DNA of 13,338 bases from Alphaproteobacteria bacterium UBA6411 (lineage in GTDB: Bacteria > Pseudomonadota > Alphaproteobacteria > CAAGCB01 > CAG-977): the NCBI GenBank assembly GCA_002438565.1, contig DJPN01000015.1, positions 686 through 14,023 of the forward strand. The letters run 5' to 3'. This document shows, in pieces, positions 1 through 6,250 of the stretch (the stretch's first letter is position 1; each line of letters opens with the position of its first letter). Position numbers and translations under genes: made by a program. Below the pieces are notes generated by a model. The model did no database searches. It had not been told where the DNA came from and was given only the letters and a program-made list of their open reading frames with translations.

Positions 1-278
1 ACGCCCAGCTTTTTCAGCTTTTCCAAAGAATCGGCGTAAAGTTCCATCCGTTCGGATTGAAGAATCGGCGGTTCGTCCCACTTCAAACCCAGCCAATCCA
101 AGTCTTCCATGATGCCGTCGACAAATTCCGGTTTGCAGCGAACGGGATCGATGTTTTCGATTCGCAACAGGAATTTGCCGCCCGCCTTTTTGGCTTCGTC
201 AAAAGCGAATCGGGCGGCGAAAGCGTGTCCGATATGAAGCCGTCCCGTCGGCGACGGCGCAAAACGCGTTACAATCAT
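1..278 (-). CDS. gluQ: Glutamyl-Q tRNA(Asp) synthetase-like / class I Glu-tRNA synthetase family protein. Only the N-terminal part is present; the gene runs off the left edge.
   Basis: The reverse-complement translation from ATG (276-278) reads MIVTRFAPSPTGRLHIGHAFAARFAFDEAKKAGGKFLLRIENIDPVRCKPEFVDGIMEDLDWLGLKWDEPPILQSERMELYADSLEKLKKLG. It has the class I HIGH motif (HIGH). The RIENIDPVR and LQSER...Y segments resemble GluQRS (RIEDIDPPR, WQSQR) more than GltX (RIEDTD). The ORF is absent from the track because it is truncated at the window edge. Confidence 0.75.
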   Translation of the reverse strand, partial: MIVTRFAPSPTGRLHIGHAFAARFAFDEAKKAGGKFLLRIENIDPVRCKPEFVDGIMEDLDWLGLKWDEPPILQSERMELYADSLEKLKKLG

Positions 279-354
279 AAAAAAATCCCTTGCCGTGCGT
301 AAGTATCACCATTTTTGATGCGTTCTGTATAAGTATAATATAAGGAGGCGTCCC

Positions 355-858
355 ATGAAAAAACTATTCGTTTCTTTGTTCAGCATTTTATTTCTGCTTT
401 CGACCGCAGACGATTGCCTTGCCAGACCGGGACACGGCGGAGAACGCGGCGGCCAGCCGCCACGGCACAGTCAAGGCGCGATGAATCGTTCATCCCGTTC
501 CGTTTCGCGTTCCGTTGCGGCAACGCAAAGCGTCGATTCGGAAACCAATTCCGGAACTTCACGACAATCCGCCCGAAGCGATAATCGGCCTTTCCGACAA
601 AACGAATCGGCATCATCGGATTTCGATTCGAATCGTGAAGACAGCGGATTTTCCCAAAATCAGAGTCGCCGCGGAATGAATCCTCCCCCTCCGGCGCCTT
701 TGGACGAAGACGGCAATCCAATGCCGCCGCCGGATAACGATGAAAGCGGGTTCGGTCGCCGCGGGATGAATCCTCCGCCTCCCCCGCCTTTGGATGAAGA
801 CGGCAATCCGATGCCGCCGCCAGATGAGGGCGAATCGGATTTTGAAGACGGCGAGTAA
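355..858 (+). CDS. Secreted low-complexity proline-rich, acidic protein with a 30-aa tandem repeat. No family recognised.
   Basis: A strong SD (AAGGAGG, 342-348) lies 6 nt before the ATG. The N-terminus is a Sec signal peptide, MKKLFVSLFSILFLLSTADDCLA|RPG. The mature part is Ser/Arg/Asn/Pro/Asp/Glu-rich with no hydrophobic core. Two copies of RRGMNPPPP(A/P)PLDEDGNPMPPPD are present. A perfect hairpin terminator follows. Confidence 0.8.
   Translation: MKKLFVSLFSILFLLSTADDCLARPGHGGERGGQPPRHSQGAMNRSSRSVSRSVAATQSVDSETNSGTSRQSARSDNRPFRQNESASSDFDSNREDSGFSQNQSRRGMNPPPPAPLDEDGNPMPPPDNDESGFGRRGMNPPPPPPLDEDGNPMPPPDEGESDFEDGE
667..846 (+). repeat. Tandem direct repeat, 2 x 90 bp, in frame inside the proline-rich CDS.
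   Basis: Unit 1 is 667-756 and unit 2 is 757-846. In my manual alignment the first ~62 nt of the units differ at 6 positions. The last ~28 nt are diverged but keep an acidic character. Confidence 0.9.
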
Positions 859-861
859 AGG

Positions 862-888
862 AAAAGCTCCGGAATTCCGGAGCTTTTT
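862..888. terminator. Bidirectional Rho-independent terminator between two convergent genes.
   Basis: AAAAGCTCCGGAATTCCGGAGCTTTT is a perfect palindrome. The stem is AGCTCCGG/CCGGAGCT with loop AATT. An A-run lies 5' and a T-run 3', so it can act on both strands. It sits between the stop at 858 (+) and the stop at 895 (-). Confidence 0.85.
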
Positions 889-894
889 CATTAT

Positions 895-1515
895 TTAGAA
901 CAGCTTGACCGCCGCAAATCCCCCGACCAAAAGGATAAAGAATACTGTCGCCAGCCATCCCAAATGTTTTTCGATGAATTTTTCCATCGGCGCGCCGAAT
1001 TTCCACAACAGCGCCCCCAGCAAAAAGAACCGTCCGCCGCGCGATAAAACGGAAGCTATGGTAAAAACGCTTAAATTCAGATGCGTCATGCCGCTGAGAA
1101 TCGTTATCACTTTATAGGGAAACGGCGTAAAGCCCGCCGCCGCGACTATCCACGCGCCGAACCGGTTGTAAGCATCGACAAAAACCTGCAGCGAATCCAT
1201 GTAGCCGTAAAAAGTGAAAATCGGCACGGCAATCGCATCATATAAAAACCAGCCGATGGCGTAGCCGAAAAATCCGCCGGCAACACTTGCCGCCGTACAA
1301 ACACCCGCATAAAAGAAAGAGCGACTCGGCCGCGCAATCATCATCGGAATCAACAAAACGTCGGGCGGAATCGGAAAGCACGAGCTTTCCGCAAACGATA
1401 TTGCCGCCAAGATCCATACAGCCCGAGGATGCTGCGCATACCGGATGACCACGTCATACAGTCTGTGCATTGTTTTTCCGCTCCATTCAAAAAATTTTTT
1501 TAAGGAATTCATCAT
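895..1515 (-). CDS. YqaA/COG1238-type VTT-domain (DedA superfamily) inner-membrane protein.
   Basis: The 206-aa protein has multiple hydrophobic helices. The characteristic segment AESSCFPIPPDVLLIPMM and the later FTPFPYKVITILSGM match the YqaA-like/DedA VTT signature. Confidence 0.8.
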   Translation of the reverse strand: MMNSLKKFFEWSGKTMHRLYDVVIRYAQHPRAVWILAAISFAESSCFPIPPDVLLIPMMIARPSRSFFYAGVCTAASVAGGFFGYAIGWFLYDAIAVPIFTFYGYMDSLQVFVDAYNRFGAWIVAAAGFTPFPYKVITILSGMTHLNLSVFTIASVLSRGGRFFLLGALLWKFGAPMEKFIEKHLGWLATVFFILLVGGFAAVKLF

Positions 1516-1607
1516 CTTAAAGCCTTTATCTCAAAATATTTTTCATAATGCAATCAAAGGTTTATAGCAAAATATATAACCCCGCGTATAATAGGCGCTC
1601 GGCTATA

Positions 1608-1636
1608 TAGACAATTAGTTGACAAACCTTTATACT
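1608..1636 (+). promoter_or_regulatory. Candidate sigma70-type promoter for the LuxR-family gene.
   Basis: TAGACA (1608-1613), a 17-bp spacer, then TATACT (1631-1636). Each hexamer is 5/6 to consensus. The SD AGGAG (1663-1667) and the ATG at 1675 lie downstream. Confidence 0.45.
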
Positions 1637-1674
1637 TTCATCCGTTAAAGGTTCTAATCTGCAGGAGCAAAACT

Positions 1675-1917
1675 ATGAGGGTCAAGCTTACCCCGAAACA
1701 AACCGAAGTGCTGTATTATCTGTCGCAAGCCTGTTCAAACCAGCAAATCGCCGAAAAAATGAACATTTCCATAGCGACCGTAAAACTGCACTTGTCTGTT
1801 TTGTATCAAAAGTTGGATGCCCACACAAGGACAAAAGCCTTGATTAAAGCGCAATCGCTGGGCATTGTTCCGTCCAAGCCGCCTAAAAAACGTTCCGACA
1901 TCCGCGAAAGCGCATAG
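1675..1917 (+). CDS. Stand-alone LuxR/GerE-family helix-turn-helix transcriptional regulator with no receiver or ligand domain.
   Basis: The 80-aa protein reads LTPKQTEVLYYLSQACSNQQIAEKMNISIATVKLHLSVLYQKLDAHTRTKALIKA. This matches the GerE/LuxR C-terminal HTH pattern (LTxRExEVL...SNxxIAxxLxISxxTVKxHxxxIxxKL). SD AGGAG lies 7 nt upstream. Confidence 0.85.
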   Translation: MRVKLTPKQTEVLYYLSQACSNQQIAEKMNISIATVKLHLSVLYQKLDAHTRTKALIKAQSLGIVPSKPPKKRSDIRESA

Positions 1918-1970
1918 CAACATTCCCTTAACTTTGCCGGCTTTGAAAGCGCAAAGGCAGCGGATAATCT

Positions 1971-2579
1971 TTAATCCGTATTCACCCCTGCCGACTTTAG
2001 GCCGGCAATCAGTTTTTCGGACGTTGTAAAGCGAAAAGCCGTAAATCCGATTTTTTCCGCCGTATCGACATTCGGCTGAGAATCGTCGATAAAAACACAT
2101 TCATCCGCTTTCAGCCCATAGCGTTCCAGCAAAATTTCAAAAATGCGGGGTTCCGGTTTGACTTCTTTTTCAACGCCGGAAACGACTATTCCTTTGAACA
2201 GCTTGAAAAAGTCGAATTCGGGTTTTGTTTGGGCAAATTTTTCTTCGGACCAGTTGGTCAGTCCGTATACGGGGTAATGTTTTGCCAACCGCCGCAGCAA
2301 CGCCACGTTTTCCGCTATCGCGCCGCCGCGCATTTCATTCCATCTGTCATCAAAGGCTCGGATTTCGTCGGCGTATTCCGGAAACAGCGCAGTGCGTTCG
2401 GCGACAGCCTGTTTGAACGGCTTGCCCTTATCCAAAGACAAATTCCATTCCGGCGTACAAACATTTTTCAAAAAAAATTCCATATCCGATTCGTTTTCAA
2501 AAATTTTGCGGTATAAATTTCGCGGATTCCATTCAATCAAAACACCGCCGAAATCAAAAACTATTGCATTGACAGCCAT
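1971..2579 (-). CDS. HAD-superfamily hydrolase (subfamily IA-like phosphatase).
   Basis: HAD motif I is IVFDFGGVL. Motif II-like is GLTNWS. A Lys lies in VSGVEKEVKPEP. Motif IV is FIDDS. The length of 202 aa is typical. Confidence 0.85.
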   Translation of the reverse strand: MAVNAIVFDFGGVLIEWNPRNLYRKIFENESDMEFFLKNVCTPEWNLSLDKGKPFKQAVAERTALFPEYADEIRAFDDRWNEMRGGAIAENVALLRRLAKHYPVYGLTNWSEEKFAQTKPEFDFFKLFKGIVVSGVEKEVKPEPRIFEILLERYGLKADECVFIDDSQPNVDTAEKIGFTAFRFTTSEKLIAGLKSAGVNTD

Positions 2580-2670
2580 AAAGCCTCCCTCATCTGCACA
2601 AAACAGTTACTTTCATTTTCAAAAATGTATATGATAATGAAAACGATTCTAAACAAGACTACACGAAAAA

Positions 2671-3717
2671 ATGCTGGATATCAACAAACTGCCGCAACTG
2701 CAATCCAACCCGTCTTTGAAAAAAGCGGACGCTTCGTTCCGATTGCGGCGTCTGTCTGCTTTTTTGACGGAAAAACGCGGTTTGACGGTTGTTTCGCTTT
2801 TTCTTTTTTTAATGTATTTGGCGCTCTGCTTGTACAGCGAGCACACATTGAAAGCCGAAGTGTATGCCGTCTTCAAAGAAATCGGAGCCAACGGCTTCGG
2901 CGTTTCGTATCAAGCCCGTTCTTCGTTTTCCAATTTGACGGGCGGATTGTATTTGGACAATGTTGTTTTGACGGCTCCGCAGCAAATGGGCGGCTGGCAA
3001 TTAAACACCGGACGTCTTGTGGTTTCATCCGGTTTTCTTTCGCGCACCGTGACTGTGCGGTTCAGCGGCACTCATTCATTAAAAACCGGCCGTTTCAACG
3101 ACGCGCGTTTCATTTTGGACGACGCTTCATTGGTTGTTTCCCCCGCCCCTTCGACTGTCAAAATCCGAATCAAAAAGCTGCAAACGGCATCGCCGGACGC
3201 TTTGGCCGGATTATCCGTCCAAGAGGCCGCTTTGGACTTTTCTGCGGCAACGGGGGCTTTTTCCCTAACGGCGAACAACGCCGTCCCGCCGGCTTCCGTC
3301 ACGCCGCCGCTGGCGCCGTCGTTCAGCTATTTGTCCGTCAGCGGCATCGTTGTCGGCGTTCCCGCCAAAGACCGGCAAGCCCCCGTTCTGACGGATTGGA
3401 TAAACCGCGGCGGCTTGATTGAAATCGCCCAAGCCGAAGCGATTTGGCTGCCGTTTATGGCTCAGCTGTCCGGAACGGCAAGTTTCGACCGCGCTTATAA
3501 CCTTACGGCGGCGGGAACGGGGAAAGTGTACGGATTTTTCGATTTGCTTGACCGTCTGGAAAAAATCCGCGCCGTCAGCCCGTCGCAGGTTTCTTTGGCC
3601 AAAATCGTTTTGGGCGAACGCGTCCGCAAAATACCGGGGGAAGCCCGTCCCTCGCTGACGACTTCGTTCGGAATCCAAAACAAAACCGTCTACGCGGAAC
3701 GGGTTCCTTTAAATTAA
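2671..3717 (+). CDS. N-terminally membrane-anchored protein of unknown function, DUF2125-like.
   Basis: The 348-aa protein has a single N-terminal TM (GLTVVSLFLFLMYLALCLY). The layout then recalls DUF2125 proteins: an early GFGVSY segment followed by DNVVLTAP, and a C-terminal WINRGGLIEIAQAEAIW...G.GKVYGFFDLLDRL segment. There is no clear SD before the ATG at 2671, and no better in-frame start exists upstream of the TM. Confidence 0.7.
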   Translation: MLDINKLPQLQSNPSLKKADASFRLRRLSAFLTEKRGLTVVSLFLFLMYLALCLYSEHTLKAEVYAVFKEIGANGFGVSYQARSSFSNLTGGLYLDNVVLTAPQQMGGWQLNTGRLVVSSGFLSRTVTVRFSGTHSLKTGRFNDARFILDDASLVVSPAPSTVKIRIKKLQTASPDALAGLSVQEAALDFSAATGAFSLTANNAVPPASVTPPLAPSFSYLSVSGIVVGVPAKDRQAPVLTDWINRGGLIEIAQAEAIWLPFMAQLSGTASFDRAYNLTAAGTGKVYGFFDLLDRLEKIRAVSPSQVSLAKIVLGERVRKIPGEARPSLTTSFGIQNKTVYAERVPLN

Positions 3718-4214
3718 GCCCTTTTCCCGCTCAGCACATCCAGCAAAGCGCCCTGCTCTTCGGGGCGGATGAAATCCAAGCAGATAAAGGCCTGCCAGTC
3801 TTTATGGAATATTCTGTCCGCCTTGAACCGCCATGAAAATTTGTATTTTTCCGGATTGGCAATTTTCAGCCCCAGCATTTTGCATCCCAAAAAGCTGAGC
3901 GTCTTTACATTTTCAATATCGGCCAAATCAAGCGTCATTTCGGCATCAATAATCAGCTTTCCGTCCTCTATGGTCAAATACGGCTTTTTCATAATATGCC
4001 GCGCCCAAAACAGGAACTGCGACACCCCCATGACAATAAACGCCGCAGCTGCCGCCAAAGGAATGACGTACAAATACCACCAATGTTTGAAATATGCCAA
4101 ACGCCAGCATCCGCCACACCGCGCGAACGGGTAAACGATAAAAACGCCTGCCGCCAGCATCAGCAAAGCGAAAACCAGAAAACCGTAACTTTTTTTGTAA
4201 TAAAACGTCTGCAT
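3714..4214 (-). CDS. Small inner-membrane protein with two TM helices plus a ~95-aa cytoplasmic PH-like (bPH-type) C-terminal domain. Uncharacterised.
   Basis: The 166-aa protein has TM1 GFLVFALLMLAAGVFIVY and TM2 YLYVIPLAAAAAFIVMGVSQFLFW. The soluble segment KKPYLTIEDGKLIIDAEMTLDLADIENVKTL..LGLKI resembles bacterial PH-domain strands. SD GGGAGG (4221-4226 on the minus strand) lies 6 nt before the ATG. Confidence 0.75.
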   Translation of the reverse strand: MQTFYYKKSYGFLVFALLMLAAGVFIVYPFARCGGCWRLAYFKHWWYLYVIPLAAAAAFIVMGVSQFLFWARHIMKKPYLTIEDGKLIIDAEMTLDLADIENVKTLSFLGCKMLGLKIANPEKYKFSWRFKADRIFHKDWQAFICLDFIRPEEQGALLDVLSGKRA

Positions 4215-4223
4215 GGCAAACCT

Positions 4224-4254
4224 CCCGTAAAATTGATAGCTTCAAGTTTACGGG
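4224..4254 (-). promoter_or_regulatory. Hairpin between rnd and the downstream membrane-protein gene. Its 3' arm overlaps the SD of the downstream gene.
   Basis: The minus-strand RNA reads CCCGUAAA-(15 nt loop)-UUUACGGG, followed directly by AGG UUUGCC AUG. The GGG of the SD GGGAGG is paired in the stem. No U-run follows, so it is not a classical terminator. Confidence 0.4.
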
Positions 4255-4279
4255 ATAGAGTTCACTCTAAGTCAAGCGT

Positions 4280-5440
4280 TTATTTTGTTTCAATCAAATC
4301 AATGCGGCATTTCTGCGGATTGTATGCAAATCCTATTTTTCCCGCTTTGAGCATTTCCGCAAATTTTCCGAACACTTCGTACCGCCAGCCCGACAGCAAG
4401 GGCGAATTTGCGTCTTTGTCCGCCGCCAGCTTGTCCAAATCGTCAAAGTTGGCTATCAGTTTTTCCGCAACTCCGCTTTCCGCGGATTTAATCATCAACA
4501 GCAGCTTTAACATTTTGGCGACCGCGCGGGCATGGCGCGGCAATTCAAACGGCTTGGGCAATTCGGGATACGTTGACGGGTCTGCCGCCAAAACATCGTG
4601 AATTTTGACCAAAATTTCACGTCCCGTCCGGCTGTTTGCAAAGCCGTTCGGCACACCGCGCAAATCGTTGAGCTCTTCGGCGGTTCGCGGCGCGTTTGTC
4701 GCGATTTCAATCAAAATCTCGTCCCGCATAATATGCTTGCGCGGCCGGTTCAACCGGCGCGCCTCTTCTTCGCGGTAAGCGGCCAGCGCGCGGCACAGCG
4801 CCAAAGTGCGCCTGTCCGTCGAATTGATTTTCAGCCGTTTCCACATTTCCAGCGGATCCGTTTCATACGTCGCGGGATTGGTCAGTCGTTCAATGTCATC
4901 CTTCAGCCAGTCCGTACGCCCGTTTTCATGCAGGGTTTCCAGCATTTTTTCATACACGTCGCGCAAATGCGTTACGTCGGCCTGCGCGTATTTGATTTGC
5001 TTTTCGGTCAAAGGACGGCGCGACCAGTCCGTAAAGCGCATGGATTTGTCCAGTTCGATGCCCAGCAGCTTTTGCACCAGATTTTGATAACTGACCGATT
5101 CGCCGAATCCGCAGACCATCGCCGCCGCCTGCGTGTCAAATACGGGGGCGGGCGTTTTATGGCTCAAGTTATAGAAAATCTCGATGTCTTGATGGGCGGC
5201 GTGAAACACCTTGACCACGTTTTCATTTTGCATCAAATCAAAAAACGGCCGCAAATCCAACCCGTCCGCCAGCGGATCAATGCACGCGGCCTCATCCCTT
5301 GACGCGATTTGAATCAAACAAACCTGCGGCCAGTATGTTTTTTCGCGAATGAATTCGGTATCAACGGTTACATAAGGATGCTCGGCCAGCCGTTTGCACA
5401 GGTCGGTCAAGTCTTGGGTGGATTGGATGAATTTGCACAT
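4280..5440 (-). CDS. rnd: Ribonuclease D (3'-5' exoribonuclease, DEDD family with HRDC domain).
   Basis: The 386-aa protein has exo motifs VTVDTEF (ExoI), KVFHAAHQDIE (ExoII) and YAQADVTHL (ExoIII). An HRDC-like region (RTLALCRALAAYREEEARRLNRPRKHIMRDEILIEIA) follows. Confidence 0.93.
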   Translation of the reverse strand: MCKFIQSTQDLTDLCKRLAEHPYVTVDTEFIREKTYWPQVCLIQIASRDEAACIDPLADGLDLRPFFDLMQNENVVKVFHAAHQDIEIFYNLSHKTPAPVFDTQAAAMVCGFGESVSYQNLVQKLLGIELDKSMRFTDWSRRPLTEKQIKYAQADVTHLRDVYEKMLETLHENGRTDWLKDDIERLTNPATYETDPLEMWKRLKINSTDRRTLALCRALAAYREEEARRLNRPRKHIMRDEILIEIATNAPRTAEELNDLRGVPNGFANSRTGREILVKIHDVLAADPSTYPELPKPFELPRHARAVAKMLKLLLMIKSAESGVAEKLIANFDDLDKLAADKDANSPLLSGWRYEVFGKFAEMLKAGKIGFAYNPQKCRIDLIETK

Positions 5441-5599
5441 AATGTTTTTGCCGTTTTAAAATTAACCTTGCCTTTAGTTTTAATGCGTCGAAAGAAAAAA
5501 AGAAACCTTTTTATCGCAAAATATGCAAACAATCGGAATTTTTCTTTTCCCGCCTTTTTTTGTCTGTTACACTGAAACGGTTGCAAGGAGTTTTGAACC

Positions 5600-6250
5600 A
5601 TGTGGAAATTGCTGTCTGTTTTATTGGTGCTTGCCGCCGCGGATGCCGAGGCAAAAAGCTTGAAATTCGGCACCATGATTGACAATTACGGCACCAATGC
5701 GCAGAATGACAGACGTATCCGGCCCCAAGGGTTTCGTCAGCCGGCTGAAAAGTCATGTTTGACAAACGACGACTGCCCGTTCGACCGCGAATGTGTCGCT
5801 TTGCGCTGTCTGCATGTCTGCACCAAAGACACTTGCGTTTCGGGCAAATATTGCATCGCTCACAAAAACAAGCCGCACGTTTATCAATGCGTCGACTGCG
5901 TTATCAGCAGCCATTGTCCCAAAGGCATGGAATGTTCGCCGAAAACTTTGACTTGCGTTGAAAAAGACGTATGCCGCGACGCCGTGTGTTCCCCTGCCGC
6001 ACCGTATTGCATCAAAGTCCCTTACAAAACTTTGCCTTACACTTGCGTACAATGTCTGACGGATGAACATTGTCCGCCCGTTGCGGGATTGACCCGTTCA
6101 TGCGTTGACAATTATTGTCTGTTCAACGTCGAAAACAACATTCCCCGCCAAACCGGCGCGCCCGATTCCCTCCCCCAAACGGAAGAAGATTTTCCGTACG
6201 AAGCGGATGACGGAGAATACGATTCGGACGGCACCGAGTACGCCGATTAA
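5600..6250 (+). CDS. Secreted cysteine-rich protein with 20 Cys in the mature region, an internally duplicated module and an acidic Tyr-containing C-terminal tail. Uncharacterised.
   Basis: SD AAGGAG (5585-5590) lies 9 nt before the ATG. The signal peptide is MWKLLSVLLVLAAADAEA|KS. Cysteines sit at residues 53-173 in regular spacing. The tail is EEDFPYEADDGEYDSDGTEYAD. Confidence 0.8.
   Translation: MWKLLSVLLVLAAADAEAKSLKFGTMIDNYGTNAQNDRRIRPQGFRQPAEKSCLTNDDCPFDRECVALRCLHVCTKDTCVSGKYCIAHKNKPHVYQCVDCVISSHCPKGMECSPKTLTCVEKDVCRDAVCSPAAPYCIKVPYKTLPYTCVQCLTDEHCPPVAGLTRSCVDNYCLFNVENNIPRQTGAPDSLPQTEEDFPYEADDGEYDSDGTEYAD

Noticed and set aside
57-302. An 81-aa + strand ORF at the left edge.
   Set aside because: It lies antisense to a clearly recognisable class I aaRS N-terminus (HIGH motif) on the minus strand, and it ends in an implausible poly-Arg stretch.
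625-634. GATTCGAATC, a tRNA T-arm-like palindrome.
   Set aside because: There is no surrounding cloverleaf (no acceptor or anticodon stems), and it lies in frame inside the proline-rich CDS.
380-1006. Minus-strand ORFs 380-1006 and 613-891, antisense to the proline-rich gene and bridging the terminator.
   Set aside because: They run through a perfect bidirectional terminator hairpin and overlap the 3' end of the YqaA-type gene. The + strand ORF has an SD, a signal peptide and an in-frame repeat.
2625-3422. A 265-aa same-strand ORF overlapping the DUF2125-like gene in another frame.
   Set aside because: Its composition is Arg/Phe/Gly-rich junk with no recognisable domain. The competing frame (2671-3717) has a TM anchor and family-like segments.
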